Position numbers and translations under genes: made by a program. A stretch of 64,000 bases of DNA from Ruditapes philippinarum. Its lineage: Eukaryota. This document shows positions 13,301-24,500 of this stretch, one piece after another. The stretch is from positions 1 through 64,000 of the forward strand of contig NW_026865921.1 in NCBI RefSeq assembly GCF_026571515.1, written 5' to 3'. Every line of letters starts with the position of its first letter. The stretch's first letter is position 1. Under the pieces are notes generated by a model. That model saw only the letters and a list, made by a program, of their open reading frames with translations, ran no database searches and was not told where the DNA came from.

Positions 13301-16300
13301 GACAAAACCAACATAGTGCGTTTGCGACCAGCATGGATCCAGACCAGCCTGCACATCCGTGCAGTGCAGTCTGATCAGGATCCATGTGGTCTGGATCCAT
13401 GCTGGTCGCAAACCCATTATGTTGGTTTTGTCATGGCGCGGCTCATATTATATTCGTCGCGCATTTCTTTATGTTATACGTTGTATTTGTTAAATGTTAA
13501 ACAGTATGGCCCAAGGAAAGGGACTTCATTTGAATAAGCTCCATAGGAGAAACTTGTTTGTTTGTTTGTTTCATTTTACGCCTTTTCCCAACAGTATTTC
13601 AGTCATATAGGCGGGTAGTTTCCTAACAATCGTTCCTGGAGAGTTACACCAGTACTTGACTACCTGCCTCCGTAATAAACTACCAAAGCATCTCCCGGGG
13701 AGGTAACTGGATTAGAAGTCATCGACTCTAACCCCTCGACTACGGAGGCGGTTACCCATAGGAGAGGCAATGTCCGATTTTTTCCCAATTTCCAAAGATA
13801 AACACATCGGAAGAAGCACATTTTTGTGAACAGTTTTCAGTCATAATGATTAAGAATTATTAGATCAATGTTGATTTTTGGCCAATCATGTGAAAATTCA
13901 ATATTTCGATATGAAAGGTCAAGGCCATTTAAAGACCAAGGTCATTCTTGAATTATTTTACTTGTCAAAACTCTTGTTTTATAAAAATGTGTGAATCGAT
14001 GCAGGAAAAATATAATACTAATAAAATAACCAAAATACAATCATTTGTTCCTGACACTTATTGAAAGGTATTTTCATGTCCATATGCATAAGTATTGTTT
14101 GAATAATTAAACCCATTACTTTCAATGCTATGGAAAATTATGCAAAATTCAAAAATTTGACATTTACAACCACTGTCATTCAAGGTAAAGGTTATACTTG
14201 AAATATTCAACACATCGGTTTTGTCAGAAGTGCCGTTTTGTGTAAGTATGAATCAAATAATTTAACCTTGAGGGTCAATGTCAAATGAAGGTCAAGGTTA
14301 AGTTTATTTTTATTTTTATTTATCTTAAATTCGTTGTCCAAATGGATGATTTATTTATACATGTATACATTTATCATAAAGATACAGTCAATTACAGCAA
14401 AAATTAAGTATTTTTCTATAAATAGACATTCAAGGTCAAGGTCATTCATTCATACGGCAAGGTTAAATTCATATTTGTTTTGTGAGTAACTAAGGTTGTT
14501 TTGTAGAAAATTAATCCATTCCACCTGAACAAAGTCATAGCAAGCATTACCACTGGGATTTATTTATACTGTTAATGCAAGTGTACCACGTGACTAAGAA
14601 CATTTGTACTGTTACATGGTAACAGTACTTTTAACAGTATAAAATCTGGTCACATGGTCTATTTTGTAAAATCATCATGAAATATCATCACAGTTATTGT
14701 TCGGGGTAATAAAATGAATATCACATAGGTTTGTGAGTAACAGTAAAAATATCATCTTCGAAAAGCTAACATTATTTTCCTAGGGATGTTTTTTTCACTG
14801 TTACCCACAAATCCATGTGTTATTTATATATTATCCTTATGTAATCATTAGGAAAAACGAGGGGCATATTTTCATAAGTGGCAAAAAATCACTTTATTAA
14901 CCATGATTTGCACTTGAATGCACATGTATAGTACGAGGTCTCGCTGTTTATAAAATACCTTGTCACGAATTTCACGTGACACCAAGAGCGCGTGTGACCA
15001 GGTATATGACCAGGTATTTCCTAAACAGAAAGATCGATGTACGAGGCCGACATCCAACTTACACACAATCATTCATGGCTGACAAGGAGCGACCGTGGCC
15101 AAGTGGTTAAGGTCGTTGACTTCAAACCACTTGCCCCTCACCGCTGTGGGTTCGAATCCCGACAGGAACTTGGATTCTTTCATGTGAGGAAGCTATCCAT
15201 CAAGCTTACGGAACGTCGGTTGTTCTACAAAGGTGCTCGTTCGTGCACTTATGCACGGATGGGCACCTGAGGTCTTCCTCCACCAGTAAAGCTGGAACGT
15301 CGCCATATGACCTATACCGTGTTGGTGTGAGTAAAACCCTATCAAACAAACAAACAATTGCTGACAGTTATGACATTCTATCTGAACAAAAATGGCATAC
15401 AGACCGCCTCCGTGGTCGAGGGGTTAGAGTCGATTACTTCTAATCCAGTATCCTCTCTGGCGTGGGTTCGATCCCCGGGAGATGTTTTGGTAGTTTAGCG
15501 CGAAGGTAGTCTAGTACTGGTATCTCCAGGAACGATTGTTAGGAAACTACCCGCCTATATGACTGAAATACTGTTGGAAAAAGGCGTAAAATGAAACAAA
15601 CAAACAAACAAAGGTAAACTTTTTTTCAGCGTTCTTCTTTAATGAATAACAAATACTTGCATTGCTTGGCTTTAAAGCAGCACGCCTCCATATTCATGGT
15701 AATTTTCATGAAAATTAAAAAAAATAAAAGTATAATACTGTGAAGTTACCAAAAAATGCAATTTACACATTACCAATGGCACTTACAACCCATGTAAGTT
15801 ACCAAAAAGAGGTCAAATATGCAAAAGTAGCCCTTATACTACATTAGTAATGCAGTAGAAATATAGTTATAAATACTGAAAAGTCGGTAATTAATCGTGC
15901 ATAACATGTAAATATTACTAGAAATATGAATCTGTTTACTTCTCCTAAGGCGTGCAGCACTTTAAACCACTAGTCACTTGTCCCTCACGCCTGTAGGTTC
16001 AATCACCACACAGGACTTTGGATTAAGCTATTGAGCTAGAAAGTTCAATATTTCTATTTTTCCTTTATAATGCTTTCAATATATGTGTGTAAAAATAACT
16101 TACTTTAAGATTATATACTTAGCTTCAAGTATGCAATATCGTACACATATGACAAAATCGACATCAAATATAGCGCAATTTATTTCAATGTCACTAACGA
16201 TACATTTACATTTTCAGTGAAAACGCTACAAAACACAAAAATGAACTTATCCGCGTGGCAAAGGAGAACAGTGCCATTCTCAAACGTCTTTCTGAACATG

Positions 16301-16929
16301 AACCGAACTATAACCATAAGCAGGATCTCATGGATTATCTGGTTAGTGTTTAATCTAGATCTATGGAACGCCTTAGTTTAATTAATTATGTGCTTGGATA
16401 CTCTTATTTCTATACTATTTGCACAAGGTAGTTCTTTCATACTTGTGTCCTACTTGTGTACATTCACTACGGTCTTTTTATGTCACAGATGATGTATCAC
16501 AAGCGTATCACAAAATCAATAGCATGGATATTTTAAAAAAAGAAGAAAATTTCAATTGTAAACATTGTAAAAAAAGACAGAAATAACTTTTCTTCAGAAA
16601 AAAAAGAAAGAAATCGTTAAATTTAAATTAAGTTAAAAGTCAAATTTAATGTGCAACTACAAACTACCGAATGTAACTTGAAAACATGGTACAAAAATAA
16701 AGAATGTGATTAGCTCATTCACAATTTCAATACCTATTTATAGATTGACTGCTATTTTTAGATTGCCTGCTATTTATAGATTGACTCATATTTTCAGGAG
16801 AGTGAGTATTATCTCAAAAAAATCTCGAGATATCCACCTCCAAAACGACCAGCTTTAATACCGTTCCATCTCGGACCAAAGAAGATGAAATACGGACCAA
16901 AGACACGCAATAAAAGATACAAGAATTGA
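10305..16929 (+). CDS. CFAP97D1/CFAP97D2-like (Hemingway/KIAA1430 family) axonemal protein, 184 aa; exons 10305-10407, 11282-11352, 13076-13200, 16218-16341, 16798-16929
   Basis: All introns GT-AG with matching phases (1,0,2,0); 555 nt. Translation MHRRYRPYSPVTCLLLKQRWDK..KIRAAKAVIDNRAP..HVYIKLKKHEYETEREKVIIRDNQELYRKMYHIMRTRGRIDH..SENATKHKNELIRVAKENSAILKRL..EPNY..KKISRYP follows the family pattern. Confidence 0.9.
10998..11220. mobile_element. MITE family A, TSD ATAT (CFAP97D-like intron 1)
   Basis: GAGCC...GGCTC with ATAT on both sides. Confidence 0.9.
11823..12519. mobile_element. MITE family A, TSD ATAT, interrupted by a nested element
   Basis: Left part 11823-12025, resumes at 12479. 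ATAT on both sides. Confidence 0.9.
12026..12478. mobile_element. Non-autonomous TIR element with 9-bp TSD (GGTCGCAAA), possibly Mutator-like
   Basis: Imperfect TIRs CAATCTCCACGCAGTGA.TCTCCCCTT / AAGGGAGGTAATCACTGTGAGGAGTTTG. Host 9-mer duplicated at 12017-12025 and 12479-12487. Confidence 0.85.
13289..13444. mobile_element. MITE family A, internally deleted, TSD ATAT
   Basis: GAGCC...GGCTC with ATAT on both sides. Confidence 0.9.
13551..13755 (-). mobile_element. tRNA-derived SINE with (AAAC)n tail and 10-bp TSD CCATAGGAGA
   Basis: Reverse complement of the SINE at 15402. TSD at 13541-13550 and 13756-13765. Confidence 0.85.
15085..15359 (+). mobile_element. tRNA-derived SINE, probably Meta-domain type
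   Basis: A box TGGCCAAGTGG, B box GGTTCGAATCC, core GAGGAAGCTATCCA..GCTTACGGAACGTCGGT.GTTCTAC, (AAAC)n tail, TSD GCTGACA. Confidence 0.85.
15402..15612 (+). mobile_element. tRNA-derived SINE (same family as 13551-13755)
   Basis: B box GGTTCGATCC, 3' GACTGAAATACTGTTGGAAAAAGGCGTAAAA, (AAAC)n tail. Confidence 0.85.
15676..15961. mobile_element. TTAA-flanked MITE with AG...CT termini (Kolobok-like)
   Basis: TTAA|AGCAGCACGCCTCC ... GGCGTGCAGCACT|TTAA. Internally similar to 52009-52365. Solo ends at ~4335, ~5701 and ~50455. Confidence 0.7.
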
Positions 16930-17452
16930 ATGAAAATCACTCTTTACAAAAGACGCAATAAGAATAACCGATATAACAATTGTACATAATACTTCATTCT
17001 AACAAAGGTGGCAACATTATTTCAAATCGAATTTTCTTATAGTCATAAGATTCAACACTTCTTTGGAAAAAGTGTAACAAAAACGAAAACTTAGCTCTAG
17101 AAAATGAGGATAATTTTAACAAACCAGTTTTCATTAATTTTATTGTGACTTGTCAATATTTGAAACTTTTCGTAATAAAACAACCAAATTTAATTATGGC
17201 CCCTTTTGTCATATATTGATTCCTGACTTCGGCCTGGTAAAATTGATAAGGAGTCTACTTTACATATATGACGGACATACATACAGGTGTATAAAAAATA
17301 GTGTGCGACTGTAAAAAACAGACAAAAGTTACCTATTTTTGTAAATCTCTGTCAAACCACGGACTTTAATTGTCTATTAAAGTAATTATAATAACAATGA
17401 ATTATTTAACATTCCAGTTCAGTTATAAGTGTTCCTTTGCCAAAAGAATATA

Positions 17453-17910
17453 TAGAGGATATTTGTTTAGTTCAGTGTAAGATCGGAATAATATTTCACC
17501 GAGTGAGCACCAAAAGGTATATTTCACGAGTGGCGCAGCCACGAGTGAAATATGAATTTTTGGTGTTCACAAGGTGAACTATATTTCGATCTTACACTAA
17601 ACTTAACAAATTTTCTTTTTATTATATGCAAAGAAACGTTTTAAAAACATTTAACCTACTATACTGAATGAAAAGCGCCGCAAATAAAATAACATTAACG
17701 TTACGTCATTTTACGACCGTACATGTCATTAAGTTGGTTTCCCAGTACTGTGCACGCTGGTATTTCACTGATGAAACAACGTAAGGGGCTTGAATTCAAA
17801 ACCGTGAAATTATCAAAGTGGTAATTTCACTGTTTCAAACAGTGAAATTACCATTTTTATATCACTGATATATTTCTATAAACCACCGAAAAGCATGTTA
17901 TAAAAAATCC
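17453..17910. mobile_element. Hairpin-terminated element, family B (opposite orientation to 7583-8680)
   Basis: TAGAGGATATTTGTTTAG...TTTCACGAGTGGCGCAGCCACGAGTGAAA hairpin. Confidence 0.7.
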
Positions 17911-17919
17911 ATAAATGAA

Positions 17920-20700
17920 TAACAAAGATATGGCTAATTGTAGCAAAATCACTTATCCAATTGTTTTTTGGGGGACTGATTTTTTTGTTTATTGGGTTTT
18001 TTTCCTTCCCGCGAAACCCCCCAAAGCAAAAAATTTCAAAAATTAAACCCAATTTAAAAAATGGCCCGGAGACGGGGACCCAAAAAAAAAATTTAAGAAA
18101 AAAACCCAATTTGAAAAATTTAAACCCAAAGGGGGCCAGACTGTCCTGAATCGCCCCCCGAAACAACTGTTTTAAAGGTTTTTGGGAAATATTTTTTAAA
18201 AAATTAAAACCCCCCTTTTAAAGGGCAAGCCCAAACTAAACCCTTCAACTTGCCCTTTTTGATAAAGTTTCCGACACCACTGTTTTTTTGGGTTCCGTTG
18301 TTTTTATGTTCATGAAAAAAATTTGGAAACCCCTTTAAATAAATCCCCAAGTGCATTTTTTACTTTTTCATCTGGAAATTTTGGGGGCCATGAAAAACTC
18401 ACGCTACTAGGTTGTTTCCATTTTCAGCTCTATCGGCCCCTAAAAGGGACCAATGAAATTAATATGAGCGAACCTGATAAACATCCCTTTAAAATGCTAT
18501 AGAGTAAGTTAAATAATCATTAAACCATCAATTAGTTAAGTAGTTGTTTAAAGGTTTTTTATATTTTTTACCTTTAAACGGGCCCTAAAGGGGGGGCCCA
18601 AACAAAATTTTAGTTGATAAAAAACTATTTTTACGAATGCTTTCAACCCAAAGTTTTTGGGGTATCCCCTCCCAAATTTGTTCCCGTAAAAAAAATGTTT
18701 TAAAAAGGGTTTACCCCATTTTTTTGCTTAAAATTTCCCCTTTAAAAAAGGAAACCCCAAACCCAAAATTAAAATGACAAATGTGTTTAAAGATTACCTA
18801 AAAATCCACAACAAAATTTGATGATCGTCAAAAAAATTTTTAACATTTAATTTAAAAAATCTTTTTTCTTAAAAAAAAAAATGTTTGTCCAAAATTTCCA
18901 ACCCCAAACTTTGCAGGGACTGTTCCCCTTTGGTTTTGAAGGGCCCAAAAGTTTTCCAAAAAACATTTTGATTCTATGCAGAAAAAATAAATCAAAAAGG
19001 CTTAGATCTTAGATATTTTGCACAAGGCATTGTATTGAGGACCTCTACCAAGATTGTTCAAATTACAGCCCTTGGGTCAATATCGGCCCCGTCCCAGGGG
19101 TAATGTGTTTTCGTCATAGGTATATACATGTAGTAAAAATTTGAAAAAATATATTTCTTCAAAACTACAAGGGCTAGAGCTTAGATAATAGCATGAAACA
19201 TTGTCTAGTGTGTTAAGATTATTCAAATTATAGATTTATTGCAAAATTGGCCCTTCCCCAGGCGTTTGAATTTCTTCGAGTCCAAAGTTATATAGTGAAA
19301 GGGATGGAATGTCACTCTTTCATACATCTGTACAATCAAGTTAGCAATTTTTTCTTTAAAAAAAAAAACAGATTCAATAACTCGAGTTTGTCTAAAGGTC
19401 ATGACGTTTATCAAGAGAGGATTTTGCTTTTCAGAAATACTTATAAACAAGGTTTGAGGTTAAGATCTCTAGCAAGCTTTGCAGGGATATTAATGAAATG
19501 AGCCGCGTCACGACAAAACCAACATAGTGGGTTTGCGACCAGCATAATTCCAGACCAGCCTGCGCATCAGCGCAGTCTGATCAGGATCCATGCTGTTCGC
19601 TTACAAACCCTATAACTACTAGAGAAACTGATAGCGAACAGCATGGATCCTGATCAGACTGCGCGGATGCGCAGGCTGGTCTGGATCCATGCTGGTCGCA
19701 AACGCACTATGTTGGTTTTGTCGTGACACGGCTCAAATGATTTTAGCACATAATAATGACATTATGATACACACCATGTATGTAATGGTGATTTTATAGC
19801 GTAAATGTTTTTTTATGTTTTCAAGATATAGGTAATGCTTAATTGAAAAGATTTTAAAAATATTTTAGAAATTTAACTGTAACAGTATTTCAAAGTTAAA
19901 TACAATAATATTATACAGTAAATACCTAAATTTTCATCAATTTTATTTTGCTTCTATTTAGCCTTGTATTAATGCGGTGGCATATTATTTTTTCACAAAT
20001 ACAATCTTGTTAAGAGACTAATCAATTCAATATGAGCAAATTTGATAAAAGTCTTCCTAAGAATGCTACAGACAAAGTTTGGTGATCATGCATCATTTAG
20101 TTCAGTAGTTGAAGATTTTTCAAGGTTTTCTAGAGGCCCCTAAAAGAGACCAATCAAATTACTTTGAATAAAAATGATAAGAGTCCATCTCAGAAAGCTA
20201 CAGAGCATCCATCAATTAGGGCAGCAGAAGATGTTTAAATGTTTTTTTGTTTTTTTTTAGCTTTAGCGGCCCCTAAAACGGCCCAATTAAATTTGATTGA
20301 ATTAGTTCAGTAGAAGATGTTTAAAGGTTTTTTTCTCTATTTTTAGTTTTAGAAGCCCCTAAAACTACAATCAAATTAATATGAGCAAATTTGATAAAAG
20401 ACTACCAAAGAATGATTCAAACAAAGTTTGGTGATCATCCATCAATTAGTTCTGTAGAAGAAGATATTTTTAGGTTTTTCAATTTTTAGCTCTGTTTACC
20501 CCTAAAAGGGGCCAATTGAAATGGTATGAGCAAATTTAAGTGTGACTGTCACAAGGATGCTATAATCCAAATTTTTGAAGTTAATCGGCCCGGAAAAGTG
20601 TTAGAAGAAGAAGATTTTAATGTTTGGCGCATGACGACGGGCATTCCCCCCATGTTGCACAAGAATACTAATAACTCACCCCTTGAACCTTCATAATGTG
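17920..20700 (-). mobile_element. Degenerate or garbled Helentron-type tandem-repeat element(s)
   Basis: Recurrent GGCCCCTAAAAGGGG.CAAT / CAAAGTTTGGTGATCATCC units. One unit at 19000-19220 resembles the 166-bp repeat at 46440. Boundaries uncertain; 17940-18970 is low quality. Confidence 0.45.
19500..19734. mobile_element. MITE family A, full length, TSD AAAT
   Basis: GAGCC...GGCTC with AAAT on both sides. Confidence 0.92.
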
Positions 20701-21578
20701 GGAAACCGTTACGAGTTCAACCTACTCCGTCTAAAACGGGCAATGGTCACTGGACACTTTTTAGTTTATCTATTTTAGCCTTTTTTTTCCTAGAGAAAAT
20801 TTTATTAACACTTTTTTATTCTTTTTTAGCCTCGCTTAAAATTGTTAATTTACACTTTTAGTTTATTTATTTAAGCTTTGCTTTGAAATTTCATTTACAC
20901 CTTTCACTTTTGCTTAGAGAAAATTCTATTTATACTTTTAGTTTATCTATCTTAGCTTTGCTTATAGCCTTTGCTTAGAGAAAATTTTATTTACTCTTTT
21001 AGCTTATCTATTTTAGCTTTGCTTATCTTCATGATGAATTATTTATGTTTACATGTTTATAATGACTTTAAATTCAAAGGCAATAAGATCGGCAACCTTT
21101 TCACGACAACTTTACACTTTCCATCTTTAAAGTGGATGGGTCTACAATGGGCACATCTTCCACATGTTTTCCAAATATTCATAAAAACAATATAATGTAT
21201 CGTTTAAATAAAATGTTGCTTGAAAAAAAAGTTGATAAATTTTGTAAATGTTTTAAAATGAACTTTTCTATGATACAATTTCAAACATATAACCAACTGT
21301 CATATAAATACATGTGCATATGTAATATCGGATCATGTATCTCATATATTATTCTTTCATGATTTGTTGTTATGTCTAATATTAAACACGTCAACATAGT
21401 TAATTATTGTATTACAGACCTTCCATTAAATTATCACAGATCGAGCTATATTTAAATGCAATATAAGCCTCTACTATTACAGACCAATTCACTTTAAAAC
21501 AGCTCTCCACACAAACATCTCAAACTGTAACAGACAATACTAATAAAATACTAATAAAATTATGAGTTGCTATGACGA

Positions 21579-24500
21579 CTAGGATTCTGTGCGCGAGTTG
21601 ATGTAACAAGGGGTAGAGAACCTACTGACAGCCAGGTCAGATATTGCCGAGTATGTGGCCGCCACCCCAGCAATAAGTCCAAGTGCAATAATCTCTATAC
21701 AAAGCACACGAACATGCAGAGGCACACTTCTGAAATAAGAACAGAAGGTTCATGATATAAGCAATGTACAATGTCCACTGAGTTTAATTAAACAAAATAT
21801 ATATTTGATTAATTTTAAGATAAAAAGCAATAATGTTAGAGATAAACACTTATATTTTATAATGTAAATGTTTTTTTGTATAGTCCGTGAGTACTAGAAT
21901 ATGTAAGTCAAGCAGGATGCAAAGACATTTCAAAGCTGCTCGCCTTCAGCACTGTTATCTTTAGATCATCTTATTTAAATAAATAATATGTGTTTAATAT
22001 GTGAATTAAAATATCATCACAATCTAGGTGATCATTTGAATGCATTAGGCAAAATAAGACGTACTTTGCTATTTTATCACTTATAATACAATAAGACAAT
22101 TTGTTGACAATTATTGTGAATGATTTAATAAATACCTTGGACTTGGCTAAATGATCTATTTTTTACACTCTGCAATGCATACTCATTAAACAATAATTGT
22201 GTTCAAATAAACTAAGAACACTTAATCTGGAGACGCGCTGCATTAAAGTATAACTCGCGTTTACTAATGCCAATGGCATGAAATGGCATAAGAACAAAAC
22301 ATTATGATAAAAAAAAAAATATTACATTTTATCCCATCTTTCTGAATTCGATGGTTTTGCTGCTGCTAATTTCAAAAAGAAAATAGTTGGACAAATGTAC
22401 GCAAGTAAAGTTATTGTTGATCCGCCGACTAAAGCAAGGATAGATGAGAAATGGGGCACAGACTCGGCAACAAACAATGCAAAGCCCATCACAAATGTTC
22501 TGCATACAGCTCGTTTAATTGTGAAAACTGAAAAAAAGAGTAAATGAATGTTAAAGATATAAAGATAACTTTTATGGGTAGACTGAAAACCTTTCAATAA
22601 TTCAATCGACAAGTCTCTTTCTTTTATCTATGACGATAATTATAATTATGTATCTTTAGGAATTATGAAAATTGAAAAGTGGTCCAATGTTACTAAAACA
22701 CCACACCTTTTTTATTTGTCCACAACAGTTGTTTTTCCCTGTCTAATCTAGAGCTTATTTGACAGCTATCAGGTATATGCTTTAATTTGAAATCTAGTTC
22801 AAGAAATTAACTCCAAAATGTTATTTGTAGATTGCGCAATAATCTATCTTCAGCTAATTCCTGATTATATAATATATTGTTAATACTTTTTAATGCTTTG
22901 TCTGTATGTTTCATTTCTAAAAGATCTTACATTTATTTTCTATCCCAAGGATATTCTCCACTTCTTGACAAACTGGATTGGCTATTATGATTATTCCGAA
23001 GTAAAGATGCAACGTCATCAAGATGGCGGCAATGGTCCTCATTGGTCCACGTGACACCGTGTCAAGGACGTTTGGTGATATCATTTGCCCGTATGTAAGA
23101 TACGATGCTATTGATGACGGCATATAGATTACCAGCAAAACTAAATACACAATGCCATGTTACAATACCATATATGTGTACTAGTAAAATAAATATGAAG
23201 TGCAACGTACATGCAAACAATATAACTTAAACTATAGAAAAAAATGGGAACAATTGTTTGCATATGTATCCATATAATAATACACAATACAATTACTAAC
23301 ATTCTTGACATTCGTTTTGCCTAAACTAGCTCTAGATAGCTTTACAGATTTTTTTTCTTTTCATAAAACTTTGAACGTGAAAAGTTTTAAACGGTATAAG
23401 CAGAGCATCCTATGGAGCCTGATTTACATATTTAATCAGAACTTTTCTCACACTTTGCTTCTTTTCGGAGAAGTAACCGCTGCAGAGAGGCTTACTTTAT
23501 TGTGATCTAAGAACGACAACTGCTGATGAGCACGATAACTAACCCTGTCACACTCATATACAAGTACTTAAATGAATAGTTACCAATATAGCCTATCAAA
23601 GATGCTTTCCAGAAGTGTTTAGGCCTCTTCATGTCAGCCATTACTGTCGGAAACACACAATGTCCACCATAAGAGAATGCCATGGTGCCAAACGCCGTGA
23701 AGAATGACACAACGTCAACATTTGTGTGAGCCATATCTGTGAAATATTGCCTGTCTTTGAGAATATTCGAGAAAACAAGTAAACTTGCTGTAAGAGTTGC
23801 AATTGTAGCTGCCAGCGCTGTTCCCCTAATGAAATAGAAATCTCTAATTTAAGATTTTAAAGGGACTCCGCTCAGGTACTGTTATATGACAGGATTGAAA
23901 ATATTTTCTTTCGAGATTCGTAGGTAATTTGATGTAAGCACTAGGTCTGGATTAAAAAGGTCAGATCATTGGCTTTCTCGTTTATTTAAAGAATAATTAT
24001 TTTTACTGATCAATTCAATTTTGATTGTACATGTATTTCTTTATTATTATCTTTAGCATATCTTTCCTGTTTTTAGTGACCGAGTCGATCTACGAAGTAA
24101 GTTTATTGAATTTTTTATGTTTTGAGGCTTCTGGACACAAGTGGGGCTCCTTTAACTTATTGTACCTAACTACATCTTATACTTTGTGACGAATTTGTCC
24201 TAAACAGAGTGATTATTCAAATACTTATTCTTGCTTATATTATTAATGTGTCTCTAGTACACAAACCAAAAACGAGTGTGTGAAAAACAATTTGTTTTCA
24301 TTTCAATTCATTTGAATTTGTTACGAATTTGTACTCCGCTACATTGCAGTTATTGTTTGGCAAAGGGTAATAAAGAATATGAAAGAAAGAAATAATTTCA
24401 ACTGTATGCATTTTCTGACTATGTGAAAAGATTACGTGAGTTTGTTTTCTATGGTGGCTGATTTGGTACATTGCGCGTTGCGTTGTCGATAGCGACAACG

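Noticed and set aside
15085-15170. tRNA genes (also 6121, 15402, 31572, 39088, 63660)
   Set aside because: A/B boxes are present but the cloverleaves are incomplete, and most continue into SINE bodies or tails.
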